A program made the position numbers and the translations under genes. DNA of 64,000 bases from Tubulanus polymorphus (Eukaryota > Animalia > Nemertea). The notes below the pieces were generated by a model. The model was not told the DNA's origin, made no database searches, and saw only the letters and a list, made by a program, of their open reading frames with translations. Of the stretch, positions 13,515 through 26,329 are shown piece after piece (the first letter of the stretch is position 1; every line of letters begins with the position of its first letter). The stretch spans positions 12,340,088 through 12,404,087 of the forward strand of contig NC_134031.1 in the NCBI RefSeq assembly GCF_964204645.1. The letters are read 5' to 3'.

Positions 13515-16500
13515 ATAATTACACTTATTACAGAGAACTGAGTGAGAAGAGTAATTACAAATAAATGAGTGTCATTTATTTCTTCTCACTCAGTTCTCTG
13601 TAATTAGTGTCATTCTACCTATAAATACTGTTGTTTTTCCATTGACTATACTCATTCATTCACCTGATGAAGCTTCTATTCAATAGAAGCGAAAGCTCGT
13701 GCGTCAAATAAATAGTTAACCTATACAGTATTACTCGTCTTATTACTTATTTTAAACCTGGTTAACATGGCTACTCTACGAATATTCTCATCATGTCTAG
13801 TACATCTACCAGCCGCCTGAAATGGAGAATAGTCAACACAAAGAAACAACTTGCTCAAGTTCAGAGTGACATCTACTTCCTCACAAGATGCAAGAAGTCC
13901 AACATCGTACCGCAAGGACTGAGAATCACGAATCCTTTACGCACCACCTACCATACCCAGTATTCCGAAATACTCTGCAACATACCTCGAAGAAACTACA
14001 AAACCATCTCATCAGTGTCATGTACAGCAAGCAGCGGCAGATTAAGAATCAACTCCAACTACTACTCAATGATCACCAACTTAACGACACTCAGAGAACC
14101 GCTATCGAATCCACAGCCAACCGAATCCACGATCAACACATCAAGTCAGCACTTCATACCAAAAACAGAAAATTCGACGAACAGAAACAACTCGAACCAG
14201 CCAACAATACCGCCAAGTGCACAATTTCTATGATCGTCTGGATAGCCACTTTTATTTTTCATTTACCAAAAGTCTGGGACAAACCCCACGCCTTCGGCAG
14301 CGGCCCGTGCGCGTTCGCTAAGCAACTCCAATGTCGTCAATCTGTCTACATACGAGCGAGCCATCTCAAGCCGAACTAAATATACTCTCCAAAGGTCTGA
14401 GCTTTTGTCCCGCCAACAATATCGACAAAGATCAACTCTGCAGCGACATGGGACAATTTTTCAGACGCCTCCTCCTCAAAGAATTCTTCCACAGAAAGAA
14501 TACTATCGACACAGGAACCACTACATCCGCACAGTATCGACCAGAAACAGAAACCACCGCAAGCTGATACCGAAAACAAGCCTCACACACAGATCACCAG
14601 TCCAGGCACCACAGACACCACACCAAGTGATAATAGCAGACTACCTGTACCCGCACTGAAGACTCAATCCAGTTGGTCTCCCGAAGGTCGCAACACCAAG
14701 CTCGATCTTTACATCACCAGCTTCAGAAACAGAGTCAGATCAGAAATCATCAACACCAGACCTAAAACTCAATACAATCTCACTACGGCAGAGCGAAAAG
14801 CCATACTCACACTCAGAATCAACGGAGACATCATCATCAAACCTGCCAACAAAGGAGGTGCCACTGTCATCACGAATCGAAATGACTACATCAACGAAGC
14901 ACACCGTCAACTTCAAAACACCGACTTCTACAAAAAACTCGACCAAGACCCCACCAGCCAGTTTACCAAAAAACTCAAACAACTTATCAAACCTCTACCC
15001 ACCTAATTGAAGAAATATCTACTCGCTACAATACCAGCTGATCCGACACTGTGCACCCTCTACATTCTCCCGAAGATACACAAGAAGAATAACCCCGGTC
15101 GCCCAATCATCTCCGGCATCGGGACCATCACAAAGAATATATCTGGCTACATAGATCGTCTCCTACATCCATACGCAGCAAACACACCCAGCTACGTACA
15201 AGACACCACAGATTTCATCAACAAACTCGCAAACATCAAAGACCTCCCAGCAGACACCCTACTCATCACTATGGACGTCACAGCTCCCTACACCAGCATA
15301 CCACATGAAGATGGACTCACCTCGATTTCCAGAACCTTACCTAACAACGAAAACTAACATACCATCATCGATCTCACCAAGTTCATACTTAAACACAACT
15401 ACTTCAAATTCAACAGATCGCTCTACATCCAGACCAAGGGTACAGCTATGGGCACCCGAATGGCCCCCCAATACGCCAACATTTTCATGTCTGTCCTTGA
15501 AGACTTCCTCCAAACACAGCAGGTCTCACCACTTTTATACAATCGCTTCATCGACGACGTCTTCATCATTTGGATGCACGGGCTTGAAAAACTACTTGAA
15601 TTCCACAGAAACTTCACCAACTTTCATCCAGCCACGAACTCAGCTTCGAACACTCGCCTCTTCAAATTCCTTTTTAGACACTCTTGTCAAAATCATCAAC
15701 GGCAAACTCGAAACATCGCTCTACAGAAAACCTACTGACACCTACAGCTACCTTCACGGCACCAGCTTTCACCCACCACACACCACGAGATCCATCATCT
15801 TTAGTCAGGCCATTCGCTACCACAGAATCTGCTCCAACACTCAAGACCGCGACCAACACCTACAACAACTGAAAAATGCATTCCACCAACTCCAGTACAA
15901 CCCTGAAACCATCGACCTACATATCACTCGTGTTACTCACATATTCAGAGAAAGAACACTCCAATACGACCCGCCCACGTCTAAGAAACCGAAAGAATCC
16001 ACATCGCAGTCACCTACAGTCCGCGCCTACGCAGAATCCAACGAATCAAATTAGATCTCAAACCCATACATGAAGAGGATGATCATCTACGCAACATACT
16101 ACCACCAAGACCAGTCATCGCGTACCGCCAACCAGCAAACCTAAGAAAACTCCTCATCAGCAGCAAACTATCCACCGAAGAAGACTCAGATAACAAATAC
16201 ATGCGCCCCTGCAACAAATCTAGATGTCAACTCTGCCCTCTCATCAACTCATCACCGACCGTCACCACAGCCAACAACCAACAACTCAAAGTCACTGGAC
16301 CCTACACATGCAACTCCACCAACGTTGTTTATACCATCACATGCGATATCTGCCCTGGAACCATCTACATCGGAGAAACTGGACAAACATTACGTCAACG
16401 CTTGAACGGTCACAAATTTGATATCAGACACAAGAAAATGGATAAACCTATCGGCGAACATTTCAATCTTCCGAACCAAACCATCAGTAACCTTAAAGTG

Positions 16501-16850
16501 ACCGCGTTACATAAAATGAACACTTCTAAGAAGCATTCGCGCGAAATCATGGAACAAAAACTTATTTAACCCGGTGATACTGTTAATCTTGGCCTAAAAC
16601 GCGATCTATTCATGTCCCACTACAGAACGTAATTTCGTTTGTTATTCGTTGTATCTGGACTTATCTCAGACTTCCATTTCTTGTTATTCATTGCTCTTAG
16701 ATACCATCTGTTTATTTTACTTTGATATAGTTTCATTTTGATTTATTTCTCTTTGATTTGTTTTAGTTTGTTGTTCCTTAATTGATTAATTATCTACTCA
16801 CTCACTTAGTTATTAATTATCATCCAAGTGAGCCGGCAGAATGATTGGGA
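13515..16850 (+). mobile_element. Penelope-like element, Neptune type, near full length but frameshifted
   Basis: 5' inverted repeat (13520-13610) and a hammerhead. ORF pieces: N-terminal DIYFLTRCKKSNIVPQGL, RT (LPKIHK..PGRPIISG, MDVTAPYTSIP, GTAMGTRMAPQYAN, RFIDDVF), Cys linker PCNKSRCQLC, C-terminal GIY-YIG (VVY..C..C..YIGETG). Confidence 0.92.
13661..13701 (+). ncRNA. Type I minimal hammerhead ribozyme (pLTR of the Neptune element)
   Basis: cac-CUGAUGA-a-gcuucuauu-c-aauagaagc-GAAAGCUC-gug: intact core, 9-bp stem II, palindromic AGCU stem III. Confidence 0.88.
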
Positions 16851-16852
16851 AG

Positions 16853-16854
<2 letters not shown>

Positions 16855-16902
<48 letters not shown>
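16855..16902. repeat. (TA)24 microsatellite
   Basis: Direct read. Confidence 0.97.
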
Positions 16903-16907
<5 letters not shown>

Positions 16908-16995
16908 TGTGAATCTCCTGGCAAAGTACCGAACCCTAGGACCTCAACCTTAGGCGCCAATAAAGATATGAGCTCTCTGAGTTCAAGACTGAGCC

Positions 16996-17036
16996 ACACC
17001 TGAGGAAGATCTCTAGAGTGAGATCAAACGTTGTGT
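16996..17036 (+). ncRNA. Degenerate type I hammerhead (G12 missing)
   Basis: acac-CUGAGGA-a-gaucuc-uagagu-gagauc-(G)AAACGUU-gugu. Confidence 0.7.
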
Positions 17037-17149
17037 CTTAAAATTTAATATTTTGGATTCCATAACTAAATACTTTAAATAGTGGGTTTTTATTACATAA
17101 TTGAACCTATAGCTGATAAAACACACAGCTGTCCTGAAATATTTTTCAA

Positions 17150-18010
17150 ATTAAAGAAAGCGAAGGGGTTCTGACTGCTCCAGAACGCCCCTCAAAAATT
17201 AAAAAACCGCAAAAAACCGCCCACGAAGCAGCCATAGAAAGCACTTCATGACTTACCACATGAGTAGGATCGGAACCTATCGACGATAAGGCCTCTCGAA
17301 TGAGATTGGCAAACCAACGAGTAATGCTGTCGATGAATGCTCCTTCAGAGATATGAACAACTGAAGTCTCTCCACCAAGTTGAGAATGTCCAACGAAAAT
17401 AAAATCTCAACCCTCGGAACGGACAAATAGCCCGACCAGGGAGTTGAATTGGACCCTATGGGTCAGAACCTCCTCCACCACTCTCAACCAACCGCGCCTG
17501 CCAATTTTCTACGATTAGGTTGAGGTAGGGCAGAGAGTAACAAAAGAACCGGGACCGAAAACGATATGACCAGGCCGGTTAGTCAATGCATGGATTTCCG
17601 AGCTCCTAGCTGGCATAGACAGAAGAGAAGGAAAGCTCTTGCTTAATGAGACTCTTGGAGAGAGGTCATACGGATGGGCCACGAAATACGTAAGCATCAC
17701 CACAACAAGTTCCATCGAGGGACTTCCTGAGGCACCTGCGGCCGAGCAACCGGAAAACGCCAACGGTGAGAATATGGTGCTCGGAAAACGGTCCAGAATA
17801 CCTGTCGCCCTGAAAGTATGGGCGATCGCGGCTCCTATCGCCTTGAAGTATGGGCGATCATGACTGGTAACCCTTAAGGTTAGAAGCCATCTATATAGTA
17901 CGTACACATGGTCTAGTTAGGACCTGTGAATCAGATCATATGAAACGCGTAGCAGAAAGCCATAAAATCTGTATGCCCTGAGTGGACAAAATATGCTATT
18001 TATAAGCATC
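17150..18010 (-). mobile_element. DIRS retrotransposon 3' part: decayed tyrosine recombinase
   Basis: ARSSEIHAL (catalytic Arg box) and downstream SITRWFANLIREA. Confidence 0.7.
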
Positions 18011-21000
18011 ACTCAGGTCCTGTAAGAATGATAGCAGTTCTGAATCAAATCATTGTGAAACTAAATTGACGGACACAACGCGCTACTGGAAAATTTTCTG
18101 TGTACAGTACTGGTACAAGTGTTTAAATTTTCCTACCTATGTCTCTTACACCTAATCCCTGAGAAGGCCTTTTTTTTAAATTGCTTGCAGCACGAATCCG
18201 GCGCTGTCGTTTCCGTCAATTTGGGAAAAAAAGAAACTTTTTTTTTTCCCCTTCACCCGTGCTAAAAATCCGTGAATTTTTAAAAAAGTAAAAATTTATT
18301 TTTATTTTTCCCGCCCGCCGTTCTGCAATGACCGCTAAATTAGAGAAAAAAATAAAATTTTATGTTTTTCCGTCCTCCCGTCGTGTCTTTTTTCAACGTT
18401 GACGATGTTTGTCATCGAGGTTTCTTTCGGTAAATAGTAGGATTTCGGCAAGCGAAAATGGCGGCTTTCCAACTCATTTGCCGGAAAGGGACAAAAGAGC
18501 TTGACAGGCGGTTGTCAAGGCTGTCACTTGGTCTCAGGGTGTCTGATGTGGCATCAATGGTAGATACAGATGGCGGAAAGGTGGTGAGAGTGGAGGGAGG
18601 TGCCACAGCAGAGTCCAAGTAAGTTCTTTTAATCACGAATCTGTTCCCAATCCCAATCAAATGCATTTTATTCACAGCTGCGGCATGTGGTGAATACGGT
18701 TGCAACGTGACACATGTGGAGCCTGCGAAAGTGACATTTTAAACATTCACAAGTTGTTTTTGTGACAGGAAACCTGTATTTAGGGCCCATGTAAGAGAAT
18801 AAATAGCCTATTTCATTGACATTGAAAAAGATTTTTAGAATTTTTAATAAACAACAAATTTGAATGAATTCTAATAAAAAATAAATGATTCAATTCAAAT
18901 GCAAAGTTAACACTATTTTATTGTCAGGTCCATCACTCTAGATGATTTGATCTCATTTTATACTGAAACGGCTTGACACCCTATACCTAGATATTAAATG
19001 AGGAACTGTCGAAACTGGCATTCTTGTTTCATTTTATTTACATTACAGATAATTTATACAATGATATTATCAAGCTTCTAGAATCTCAACAACTTGGCTG
19101 GTCAGCACATCAAGTAGACATCGGTGAAAAGTTTGTCGGGACACTGGCTAAAACTCTCTGGTGAGTATATTTTCAAATCATTCATGTTACAGCACTCAAT
19201 TTTAATGAATACCGGTAAAAATATTTAGTTCCCAGCTGTCAACAACATTATTGGTACAGGATTTTCGTCAGTACTCGGTTCCACGGTCAATGATTAAGTT
19301 TAAATCTGGTTTAAAAATCTCATCCAAGGAAATGAAATTTAAAAAATGTAATCGAACACTGTAGAACCGGTTCCTGGGATATATATTAATATAAAACTTG
19401 ATATATGCTTTCAATATTATGCTTTATTCTCTACATATGCACTCGCACTGCCAACAACAGGTTGTGGTTTAAATTTTATATGTACATGTATTTATGTCTT
19501 ATTAGGAATTTTTTTACCAGTATTAGGTAGTGTCCTAGAAAATGGATGACCCCTCATATATGTCTGCTGATTTTACAAAATATAACTTTGAGTATGATGG
19601 AAACAGTATAAAATGGAAAATAGTATTAAACGTTGTCTGCATTTTGGAGTTTTTATTTACAAAATTAGTTCAATGAATAGCTTGTTTTCAATATTGATTT
19701 GAATCAAGTTGATGCATATTTTGAAAATTCACGACACTCTACTTAACCTATGTATTTTTCAGAATGAGTGAGTTAGATGTAACCCTTACTCTGGCGGATG
19801 TCCAAGGCTTTGGTATAAAAGTGATTGTTGTTATTTGTGAGTCAGAGGCTGTGAAGTCAAACACTGTGAATTCTGCATTTGATACATTAATGACTGCATC
19901 TAAACAGTTGCACAGGTATGTGTAGAATTATAGTGATGGTGGTGAACCCTCAGTATATTGATGATTTAGTGTTATAGAGAATATGGTGTTATACATTTAT
20001 TATAATACAAATGTTCCATAAAATTATTGGCGGTCAATGGCTGACGTTTTACTTTATGTCGTATTATGTTTTGTATTTCAAAAAAGTAAATTCCAAACAT
20101 GATACGTTTATTCAATTAAAATTGAATTAATTCTAATCTTCTTTTTCTTAGGTCTGGTGATGCATTGACATCATTCGATAATTTATACAATGATATTATC
20201 AAGCTTCTGGAATCTCAGCAACTTGGCTGGTCAGCACATCAAGTAGACATCGGTGAAAAGTTTGTCGGGACACTGGCTAAAACTCTCTGGTGAGTACATT
20301 TTCAAATCATTCATGTTACAGCACTCAAATGGTAACAGTATGGCAGTGGTTGGTAATTTGTTTTTTGTTAAATTTTTATAGGTTTCTTGACTATCATCAT
20401 GATGCCATGGCAGAAGGAAACTGTGTAATACCAGAGATGTTCAGTCGTTTCCATGGCTACTTCGATTTAAAATGAAATCACCAAAAAGTTCCAAAGGTAA
20501 GCACAGTGTTTATTGGATTTAATTATTTGGGTCCAAAAATATGGGTTCTGATACATCTTCGAGTTGATGCGAGTTTCACACCTTCATCACTGAAGCAAAT
20601 ACTATGAGAAGTAAGTTCTAACAATACTCTCCATCCATTCACACCTCTCGAGTGTTAAACTCCAATTGTTTACAAAACAATCAACTGTATGAATTGTTCA
20701 CAAGTTATTATTTATGGCATTCATCATGACTGAATATAGCATGTTATAGGTGTTGCAGTAGTGTCGAAAATTTTTAAAAAAATCATGTTTAACAATTTTG
20801 TGCTTTCAGTTGTCTGTGGACAATCCAAACCAGGTACTGCATCACGATTTCCACTATTGCGGGATTATCCCATCTGTGACATTGGATGTTGAAATTCCAC
20901 GGGATTCGAGAGATTCTTTCTACACCGGAAATGTATACGTAAGACTAAAAGATAAGGTACGATTTGGAACACAGATAGCCATTCCCAATCTACTGTATGT

Positions 21001-21026
21001 AAATACATCGACATATCCATTGCATT

Positions 21027-21230
21027 CACTGCATGAAAATAAGGGTTTCTCGAGCGTAAACTAAAAGAAACACCTCGATAAACGCACTCGAAAAACTATT
21101 ACGTGAAACGAGGTGTTTAGAAGAAAGTGGAAACACCACCTTTCATGTCAGTAAACTTACGTGTATCGAGTGCTTTTATCGAGGTGTTTCTTTTAGTGTA
21201 CACTCAAGAAACCCTTATTTTCATGCAGTG
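21027..21230. mobile_element. Fold-back MITE with CACTG termini (EnSpm/CACTA-like)
   Basis: About 65-bp inverted arms cactgcatgaaaataagggtttct...; ATT duplicated at 21024-21026 and 21231-21233. Confidence 0.85.
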
Positions 21231-21657
21231 ATTCTTTTCAATATTTCTAATTTTTAGATTTTCCAGCCGTCATCAGCTGGTAGGCACGGGTCTGAACAGC
21301 TGGACTTAATTCGTACATTACATTCTGCTGACCAGGTTTTTTCCGACAGACCCATCCTCTTAAACTTCACTGACGGTGGCCCTGACCACAGAACAACGTT
21401 TATTTCATCAAAACTAGCAGGCATAGCCCTGTTTGTAGGTAAGATACTAAAGACAGACTAATCTGTGTATCTTTAATCTCGTGATGTTTAGATTGACTTG
21501 AATGGTTTTTTTGCCATCAGGCCACTTGTACCATTGATGCTTTATATGCTGTAGCCATGGATCCGTACACTTTCTTCGTTGACGTTCTACAGTCCACGTA
21601 GAGAGAATCCCACAATTATAACGAAAGAGTCCGAAAATGAAACTTCAAGATAGTAGT

Positions 21658-21706
21658 TTATTTCAACGTTTCGACTATATCCTAATAGTCATCTTCAGGA
21701 ATAATG
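21658..21706 (-). ncRNA. Type I hammerhead ribozyme (inverted pLTR copy)
   Basis: Reverse complement reads uuc-CUGAAGA-u-gacuau-uaggau-auaguc-GAAACGUU-gaa. Confidence 0.85.
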
Positions 21707-22397
21707 AGATACTACAAAAATTATTAGATATATATATAATCCAGAGACAAAGAGACTAATTCAAGTAATCAGAGATGATACAAATTAAAGGAAAATTAAG
21801 TATATATAGGAGAAACAGGTCGGAACCTTAATCAACGCATTAAAGAGCATAAGTTAGATGTAAAATCTTTAAACCTGAAAAAGTTGCTAGTCATGTATTT
21901 CAGACTTCACACAATTTTGATTTTGCTAATGCTGAATTAATTTACCCTTGCAGCGATAAAACTAAAAGACATTTTTTGGAATCTGCATTAATAATTGAAA
22001 ATTCTAACAACGTTGTAAACCTAAACAATGGTTTTTCACCCCATGATAAACTTATATCTAAATACCTCTGTAAAGTGGTTAAACTCAACACTTGATTCCC
22101 CTTTGATTATTTGTTATTTGTTCTCTCATCTATTTTAGTCGCTCAACTTGTATTCACCATTGTTTTAATTTAAGTGCCCCCTAGTTTGTCTTTTTACTAC
22201 TGATTTCAAGTTCTAATTTATATTTAAACTCACTATTGTTGTTTATAATTACCCCTTAGTTTGCTTCCCTTAAATCTATTTTAGCGTTTAACTGTTTCTA
22301 CGTTAATTTTCCTTTAGTTTGTATCATCTCTGATTACTTGAATTAGTCTCTTTGTCTCTGGATTGTATATATATCTCATAATTTTTGTAGTTTCTCA

Positions 22398-22445
22398 TTA
22401 TTCCTGAAGATGACTATTAGGATATAGTCGAAACGTTGAAATAAA
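22398..22445 (+). ncRNA. Type I hammerhead ribozyme (3' pLTR copy)
   Basis: Same core and stems as the 21658-21706 copy. Confidence 0.85.
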
Positions 22446-24262
22446 CTACTATCTCGAAGTTTCATTTTCGGACTTTTTCGTTATAATTGTGGGATTCTCT
22501 CTACATCGCGTCAACACGGATATAGTGTTCTATCAATCGTGATCTACAGTCCACTTTTCTTTCAGACTTCAAATTCAGATATCGACCATAAAATCTAAGA
22601 CGAGTTTGATTTTAATGAAAATCATGGAAAAAAGTGTTCATTGTGTTGGGTGTTTAATTTCTAAATGTGTTTCTTTTGGCTTTGTTGTATGATTGTTCAA
22701 AACAAACTAATCTATTTCATGCTGTTCTATTTATAGCCCTCAACCTTGATATGTTTGTACTTATAAGAACAGCTCCTAACGGCAGTTATCTCAATCCTGC
22801 AGAAAGAGTCATGAGTGTTATTAACATGAGCCTCCAGAATGCGGCATTCGCCCGAAAGAAAATGCCTGCGCAGCAGGAATCATATATCAAGAACTGCTCC
22901 ACAATGACTGAAATCCGGAGCAAGGCAGAAGGGTTGCCTTCATTAAAACGAGAACTCCATGATTCTTTATCAGAGGTAGGTCTATTTAGACAATAAGATA
23001 TCTCAATTTTAAATGACAGTCACAAGCATTGTTCAGTTCATATGGCCATTGGATAAAGAATTGTAATTAAAGTATAAAGTTATAATCCCTTGATTGAGAT
23101 GCAGGATGTCTGCTAGACGATGAAGATGCAGTAGAGGTTACATGAATTATGATCCATGTCTATGAAACTGGCCCCAGAACTTTCCTACTAGCATTCTAAG
23201 TCAAAAGAAAAACTGTATATTTAATGAAAATGCTTCTCTAATTTTTAGATCACAGATGTTCTTCATGAAAGAATGGGATGACTTTACTACAAGGATTCTC
23301 CTGTTATGACGAAGGAAGCACTTGATGATGTTGTAGAAGATATGTTGAATGCTGCACTAGCCGTTATTAGTCCCAATATACAAATCAAAGGAAAGCTGTC
23401 AGAAGTACGGAACGATCCTGCCTTCGCTTCCTTCATGCAACCCACTGCAGGGAAAGACAATATGCATTCCAGGTACACACTTTCGATATGCATGTACAGG
23501 CATCTGCAAAATTTGGGATTAAATTTATCAAACGGGCAACGTATTCGCATGAATGGATAAGGAATCAAACATAATCAACATGAGCAAATTACCAAAATTC
23601 TAACCTAAGCTAAATTAACATCCAAAATCGTGATTTTTCTGACTTTACTAGTCTACTTTCCAACATTTGACACATAGCATGTGGTAAATCATTTCACAAA
23701 ATTGTACAATGTGAATTCTCTTTAAAAAAAACTTTTATTTTAGGTCTAGAAACTTTTTCTGTAGTACAGTTTGTTAAAAAATGAATTCTCCTTTTTAGAT
23801 CAAAAAGTGTGCTACTCCCGATGATGCCAAGTGTGCATATTGCTCTGTATTCCCAGCAAGAATCCAGAATTTCGACCAGTTTCATTCATTGCGGATCCAA
23901 CACTTGATGCCTCGAAATCACATTATAAGTTGTTTGCTGATATTTATGGCTCTGAAACTACTGAACACGATATGCCATCTAAATCACAAAAATTGGTAAC
24001 CACGGAGACAGATTAGAAAAATAAATCTACTTTAGTAAGAGGTAAGTTCTTGGTATATACTTTTTTGGGAAAAATAAATATTGTTGTACAGAGCTGTTCG
24101 ACAATTTCTATACTTATAATGTGGGGATATATATCAACTGAAATCCGATCTTTTCTCAATACACAATAGTTTTTGGGAGACAAAACAGTGTACCAAGTGA
24201 CATTGATCATCCACAAAATTTTAGGGATTTTCAGACCCCTGTCCATACATAAATCAGATGTT

Positions 24263-24475
24263 ATTGGGTGAGGTCAGAATTTAATGTTAGCATAAATGTT
24301 AGTGTTGGTGTTAGTGTCAGTTGTACAATTGTTTAACTTATCAGTTAATAAACATCAAATTCTGACCTCACTTTAATATTGAATAACGTTACAATTTGAC
24401 AGTTTGATTGAGTCAACAGAGATGTAACACTGACACTAACATTTATGCTAACATTGAATTCTCACCTCACCCAAT
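24263..24475. mobile_element. MITE in a Zator intron
   Basis: attgggtgaggtcagaatttaatgttagcataaatgttagtg is inverted to cactaacatttatgctaacattgaattctcacctcacccaat. Confidence 0.75.
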
Positions 24476-26021
24476 GTCTACCTATGACAATATTTTTTCA
24501 TTGTATTTGAATTTATTTAAATTGATGTTTCAGAGAAAGCGAGGTGTTATGTAATTTGCTGTGAGTGTGGAAAACGGAGAGTGGTATCTTGTTCAAGGAA
24601 GCTAAAAGCTGACGAACAGAAGTTCGTCGAAGATGTCGAAGAGTCACTGGCATACATATGTGGTTCAGCTATCTTCCCGGAAGGTCAACCGCTTCATTCG
24701 ACAATCATAACCCGTGAAACATTGACATGAAGCCCAATATTATACCTGTATGTATTAACAGAGATACAGATGGGATAAATAATGGGGATTGGTGTAAGAA
24801 AACCCTTAAGAGTTATTCTTATAATTTCATTGCTAAATATCATAAAGAATTTTTGCACCAATATCTCCATTTCTTGTACCTAAGTGCTTTTTGCCCTGGA
24901 CTTGATATCCCTGACCATTTTCTGAAGAGATATACCTGTGAATCATCTGCAAATAAGGTTTTACGCTACAATCAATCTTTTTTAGAAATATTGGCAACAA
25001 CTCTATGAATTCTGGACTGTTTAGTATCACACTACCATGTGTGTATCGGTGTATTGCTTGATTTGTATCATTCATTCATATGGTCTCGCAACATTAGATT
25101 AATCCCAAATGGCTGAATGAAATGAAGTTTGATGTTTAAGCCTTTGAAAAGATTCTCAATACTTTCATTTCTTTGCCTCTTTTCAGCTGCAACATACTTT
25201 GACATGTTATGTGTACATTGTGGCGATGAGGACTGTGTGGAAGATGATGAAAGGTGGAAAGAGGCGGAAGCCTTATATAAGACTGTTCGTCCAATCTGCA
25301 TTACGTGCCTTGATGCTGGACTGTGCGTGGTTAGGAGGGGCAAAAAATAAGGAAATCAATAAGATTGTGTTCTGTTCTGAAATAAAGAAATATGTGATTT
25401 AACAATTTTATATTTTTTCTTTTACACCTCCAGCATATCCCATAATAGCAGGCAATAAATGGGAAAATTTATAAAAATTATTTTTATTTTTTGCTCCTTT
25501 TTCTTCCCTTCACCCTTCCAGATTATGCGATGAAACTCCTGTTTGAAATGAAAAAAATAAAATAAATTTTTTTTCCCTTCACCCTTCCACTTTTTTACAA
25601 GGTCTTTTGGAAAATGTTTTTTTATTTTTTATTTTTTTCCCTCCACCTTCCATTTTTTGAGTGATAAAATCCGTGCTGCAAGCAATTAAAAAAAATAAAC
25701 ATTGCTGAAATGTAAGTTAACGTTATGGAGTTAAATACAATATCATAAAACTGCAGTGATTCACTTAAATATGATATCGAAAGTATATACTCGAATAGTT
25801 CCTTTACTTTCACGTATGGAAGGTAAGCGTCACTCTTAACCTCGTTTTCGATCGCAACCGACATAAGCTCATCTGCGACTTGACGGAACTGAGCGCAGGG
25901 GCTCCAGCCAATAAGAGACCACATATACAAAGTACAAATTATGACCGCTAGTTAGCGTCATTCGTAATTAGTCATAAACTTTCAAATTCGAGTAGTTCAA
26001 AACGTAAACGAAACCTTCAGC

Positions 26022-26155
26022 ACGGCAGATGACTGGACCGAAGATCTAGAAACGAAATTGGTAGAATTACGGTGTGAATGGCCATCTTTATTTAATGTCG
26101 CTAGCACATTGTATTTAAAACAGAATCAGAAAGATAAAGATCTTAAAGAAATAAA
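26022..26155 (+). pseudogene. MADF/Myb-SANT DNA-binding domain remnant (Harbinger accessory protein-like)
   Basis: ADDWTEDLETKLVELRCEWPSLFNVASTLYLKQNQKDKDLKEI. Confidence 0.55.
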
Positions 26156-26165
26156 TTTTCTAATA

Positions 26166-26329
26166 GGAGTCATTTATTTATTACGTACGCATTAGGGGAG
26201 AGGGGAGGGGTCAGTGCAATTCTGTACTGTAATGGTTAATGTATATGAAAAATGGCCGATTTTGCATACGGAGGGGGAGGGGGGTTGAAAAATTTAAAAT
26301 AAATGCATACGTAATAAATGAATGATCCC
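26166..26329. mobile_element. Short MITE
   Basis: ggagtcatttatttattacgtacgca is inverted to tgcatacgtaataaatgaatgatccc; flanked by ATA on both sides. Confidence 0.65.

Larger units (their letters stand above)
21598..22542 (+). mobile_element. 5'-truncated Penelope-like element with inverted pLTRs, in a Zator intron
   Basis: About 200-bp inverted arms (21598-21799 / 22303-22504). GIY-YIG remnant YIGETGRNLNQRIKEHK...KRHFLES. 12-bp TSD tctacagtccac at 21586-21597 and 22543-22554. Confidence 0.9.
18458..25350 (+). pseudogene. Multi-exon Zator-like transposase pseudogene with C-terminal Cys clusters
   Basis: GT-AG exons 18458-18618, 19763-19915, 20152-20289, 20382-20496, 20810-20956, 21258-21438, 22737-22975, 23249-23472, 23799-24041, 24534-about 24745, 25187-25350. 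Catalytic FTDGGPDHR...RTAPNGSYLNPAERVMS with 43 residues between D and E. Stops at 20473 and about 23278, plus frameshifts. Confidence 0.8.
18166..25700 (+). mobile_element. Zator-like cut-and-paste DNA transposon, about 7.5 kb, inserted between the two DIRS halves
   Basis: Left end GGCCttttttttaaattgcttgcagcacg is inverted to right end cgtgctgcaagcaattaaaaaaaa. Subterminal ttttccc(t/c)tcacc motifs at both ends. Encloses a spliced transposase. Confidence 0.8.

Noticed and set aside
13793-16632. Selenocysteine-recoding Naiad-type Penelope element
   Set aside because: The GIY-YIG domain is C-terminal, and the breaks are frameshifts and TAA stops, not in-frame TGA at Cys positions.
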